The notes under the pieces: model-generated
The model's database searches: none
The model's input: only the letters and a program-made list of their open reading frames with translations
Told to the model about the DNA's origin: nothing
Position numbers and translations under genes: made by a program
In this document: positions 61,582 through 64,000 of the stretch, piece by piece
Numbering within the stretch: the first letter of the stretch is position 1
Layout: each line of letters opens with the position of its first letter
Origin: Parcubacteria group bacterium LiPW_30
GTDB taxonomy: Bacteria > Patescibacteriota > Minisyncoccia > Phycocordibacterales > VMEP01
Direction of reading: 5' to 3'
Assembly: GCA_007375595.1 (NCBI GenBank)
Contig: VMEP01000001.1
Span: 89,274 to 153,273, forward strand
Length of the DNA stretch: 64,000 nt

Positions 61582-61605
61582 TATAGGCACCATGTCGAGC
61601 GTCTC

Positions 61606-62160
61606 CTATTTATAAGTAGGAGACTCCTCTGTTATAGCAGATTTATGATTCGAAAGTCGAGCGAGTGCATAAAGAAGTGAGGAAAGACGATTTAAATACG
61701 ATATTGTATATTCTCCGATTTTTGCCTCCCCTTCCTCGTAAACACCGACAACTCTCCTCTCGGCCCTCCTCGCTAAGGTGCGGGCAAAATCGAGGTTTGC
61801 TGAAAGTGAAGTTCCGCCAGAAATAAAAAAAGTTTTAATTGGTGGTAATTCTTTTTCTATGTCGTCTATTATTTTTTCGACCTCTTCCACTTTTTCTTTT
61901 GTAATAATTTTATCTGCACCAGCGAGTTCTGCCTGAACGATAAAAAGATTCTGTTGTACTGAATTTATTACCTCTTCTACTTTCAACTTTCCACATTCGA
62001 CTTTCGCCTGGTGCGCAAGCACTTTACAAACACCAAGAAAGGAGTTTATTTCATCAAGTGTGCCTAAGGCTTCAGCAACCGCAGAGCTTTTAGAAATTCT
62101 TTGATCACAGCCAAAAATAGTTGTCTTTCCACTATCTCCCTTTTTTGTATATAAAGACAT
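61606..62160 (-). CDS. ATP:cob(I)alamin adenosyltransferase, PduO-type
   Basis: 184 aa; MSLYTKKGDSGKTTIFGCDQRISKSSAVAEALGTLDELNS-like PduO/ATR N-terminus. Confidence 0.7.
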   Translation of the reverse strand: MSLYTKKGDSGKTTIFGCDQRISKSSAVAEALGTLDEINSFLGVCKVLAHQAKVECGKLKVEEVINSVQQNLFIVQAELAGADKIITKEKVEEVEKIIDDIEKELPPIKTFFISGGTSLSANLDFARTLARRAERRVVGVYEEGEAKIGEYTISYLNRLSSLLYALARLSNHKSAITEESPTYK

Positions 62161-62326
62161 ATATTACTTTTTCTTACTTGCCCCGTAGGAAGTACTCTTT
62201 CCTATGGGGTCTCCCTTTCTTGTGTACAACATAAGACAATCGTACCATCCTACAGATAGATTGACGAAATAATAATTTAATCGTAGAGTTCGACTAGTTT
62301 AACTCTTTGAGAAAGGTAGGTGTCTC

Positions 62327-63016
62327 GTGCAAAACAACCATCTTACCGCTTGTTTGTTCCTTAAAACGGGGCAACGAAGCGATTGTCACTGTGGTGACGA
62401 GGTATGGCACTACACAAAGCTAACCATGATTTCATTCGGCCTTTTCATTAGCGAATTCGTTGTCGGAATCCTAATCGGAAGCCTGGCTCTCATTTCCGAT
62501 TCGTTCCATGTGCTTGTGGACGGAACAGAAAGCTTCGTTTCCATGATTGTGTCAAAGCGAGCCAGAACAAGTGTGGATGAAAAAAAACTTCGTCGGCGGG
62601 GTGGGTACCTAAGTGCACTCTTGCTTATCGGTGTTGCGCTTTGGATTATCCTCATCGAAGCCCCAGAGCGTATGGCAAACCCGCACGAAATACAAGTCGG
62701 GTACATGATCACACTTGGTTTGGTTGGCCTTTTCGCCAATCTGTTTATGTACTTCATGCACGTCAATACGCACGAGGAACATAAGAACGAAACGCATTGG
62801 TGGCAAGAGCTCCACATCATCGTCGATACTGGCGCAAGCGTGGCTGTTGTCTTCGGTGGTATCGCCATCTGGATAACTGGCGCTGTTGTCGTCGACACCA
62901 TCATCTCGTTCCTTTTGGGTGGACTAATTCTTTTCATCGCCCTGCGACGTCTGTTCCTAAAGCCGTCCGAAGACCACAGCCACTGCGGGCACGATCACCA
63001 CCACCATCACCACTAA
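62327..63016 (+). CDS. cation diffusion facilitator (CDF) family metal transporter, TM domain with His-rich C-terminus (true start may be the internal MISFGL)
   Basis: 6-TM CDF pattern (…SLALISDSFHVLVDG… HxxxD), C-terminal HSHCGHDHHHHHH. Confidence 0.65.
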   Translation: MQNNHLTACLFLKTGQRSDCHCGDEVWHYTKLTMISFGLFISEFVVGILIGSLALISDSFHVLVDGTESFVSMIVSKRARTSVDEKKLRRRGGYLSALLLIGVALWIILIEAPERMANPHEIQVGYMITLGLVGLFANLFMYFMHVNTHEEHKNETHWWQELHIIVDTGASVAVVFGGIAIWITGAVVVDTIISFLLGGLILFIALRRLFLKPSEDHSHCGHDHHHHHH

Positions 63017-63176
63017 CCACAAGTTGTGGTAAAAACAAAAACCCTGCGATAACATCAAGGGGTTTTTATATTTTTAAACAAATGTTTTTAAAAACAAAAC
63101 ATGGAAAAATATTTAGCCCAGGTGTATACTCTTGCCAGCTGAAAAAAGGTTCATTAAACAAAAAAGGAGGCACAAA

Positions 63177-63584
63177 ATGGTAAAGAAGACAAAACATGGA
63201 AGGGTCTCAAACGGAAGTGGCTGGGGAAGATCTTCCTGTGACGAATGTGACGAATCGACGAATGGAAAGGAGGTTATCCTGATATATTATCCATTGGAAG
63301 ATCATGTGGAACGTTACGATGTAACCTGTTTTCTAAAAAAGAACCCACGCCACCGTGTCCGCTACGAGATTGTTATGGCAATCATGGCAGTAAACGGCGT
63401 ACCTGAAGCATTCCAAGGAAACGGCTGCAACCTATGTGAGCAATCAACGGAAGGAGAGGACGTCCTTGTGTCCTATGTCCAAAAAAAGGGAGCTAGTCCT
63501 CGAAAATTCTTTGGCCACCTCTCCTGCTTTATGGGCGAAGACGAAGTGCGAAGTGCGCCTGATGTACATATCAGTACAAGATGA
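63177..63584 (+). CDS. tandem-duplicated CxxC zinc-binding-like small protein (start at MVKK with AAGGAGG SD)
   Basis: Two homologous halves: …GWGRSSCDECDESTNGKEVILIYY…H…CF and …FQGNGCNLCEQSTEGEDVLVSYV…H…CF. Confidence 0.5.
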   Translation: MVKKTKHGRVSNGSGWGRSSCDECDESTNGKEVILIYYPLEDHVERYDVTCFLKKNPRHRVRYEIVMAIMAVNGVPEAFQGNGCNLCEQSTEGEDVLVSYVQKKGASPRKFFGHLSCFMGEDEVRSAPDVHISTR

Positions 63585-63603
63585 AAAGAGGTTCCTTCCA
63601 GAT

Positions 63604-63635
63604 AAAGGCCCTAAACAGGGGCCTTTGTTTTTTGG
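63604..63635 (+). terminator. rho-independent terminator (AAAGGCCCTAAACAGGGGCCTTTGTTTTTT)
   Basis: GC stem plus T-run after the Zn-binding protein gene. Confidence 0.65.
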
Positions 63636-63800
63636 CCACAGATAATTTTCTGCTGAAAATTTCCGCGGTCGTGATTCGACACACAAACAGGGGGATTCGG
63701 TCAAGAACATTTTTACTCGTCGTCACTCATAAAAATTTCTCGACCCTGCTCGTTCGACCATTTCTGCTGAAATGGTACCCGAACTCGCCTTCGAGTCTCC
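63634..63800. repeat. copy of the GATAATTTTCTGCTGAAAATTTCCGCGGTC element followed by a second CCATTTC-TGCT-GAAATGG hairpin
   Basis: Same core as the other copies; the second hairpin keeps the TGCT loop with a different complementary stem. Confidence 0.6.
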
Positions 63801-63854
63801 CCTCCGAGCAACAAACAAAATCACCCGATGTTTTCACATCGGGTTCTTTGTTTG

Positions 63855-63939
63855 TGGTGCCCAGGGGGGGACTCGAACCCCCATGCCTTGCGGCGCTACC
63901 ACCTCAAGGTAGTAAGTCTACCAGTTTCTCCACCTGGGC
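63855..63939 (-). tRNA. tRNA-Leu (GAG), long variable arm, encoded CCA
   Basis: Reverse complement: acceptor GCCCAGG/CCTGGGC, anticodon arm CTACC-TTGAGGT-GGTAG, variable hairpin GCC-GCAA-GGC, T-arm GGGGG-TTCGAGT-CCCCC, A73, CCA. Confidence 0.75.
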
Positions 63940-64000
63940 ATATCTCTCCCCTAAAAATTCAGGGGCTCACTTTCGTGAGCCCCTTCATCTTACTCTGACT

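Overview
This window reads as a low-GC (~35%) Patescibacteria/CPR-like chromosome, most likely Parcubacteria, with standard stop-codon usage. The gene calls rest on motif recognition alone; no searches were run.

Core content:
- It opens inside a 23S rRNA gene on the minus strand, about 3.5 kb long. That is oversized by several insertions: one 258-nt ORF-less insertion at the known group I intron site L1931, and AT-rich expansion hairpins.
- Housekeeping genes: rplL, rplJ with leader, ftsK, recA, efp, rpsF-ssb-rpsR, tatD, metG, glyQS, recO, ileS, argS, dut, rplK, nusG, secE, tRNA-His and tRNA-Leu.
- secE-nusG-rplK sits 47 kb from rplJ-rplL. No rplA or L11 leader is present in the window.

Most notable accessory content:
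1. A native-composition operon sagB-type dehydrogenase / YcaO cyclodehydratase / TPR protein / 300-aa Cys-Gly-Ser-rich secreted protein.
 - A paralogous Cys-rich secreted protein lies 5 kb away.
 - A small Gly/Ser/Asp-rich ORF lies upstream.
 - There is no canonical short precursor peptide.
 - It is a candidate azole/thioamide RiPP-like or protein-modifying system.
2. Three short islets at ~50-55% GC that encode small signal-peptide proteins with strong Shine-Dalgarno sites, interleaved with that locus.
3. A GC-elevated nucleotide-metabolism island: divergent ThyA, a HIT/GalT-like gene, a cytidylyltransferase-like gene, an unknown-domain–dCMP-deaminase fusion, and DHFR.
4. An IleRS carrying an inserted ~195-aa histidine-phosphatase (RHG) domain.
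5. A dispersed family of hairpins with a conserved TTC-TGCT-GAA core and covarying stems, including a ~187-bp tandem duplication of the rplL 3' flank.
6. Fusion proteins: AMMECR1 with an alpha-toroid-like domain, and a phosphoribosyltransferase with a PQQ beta-propeller.
7. A DoxX-DsbA-VKOR redox module.
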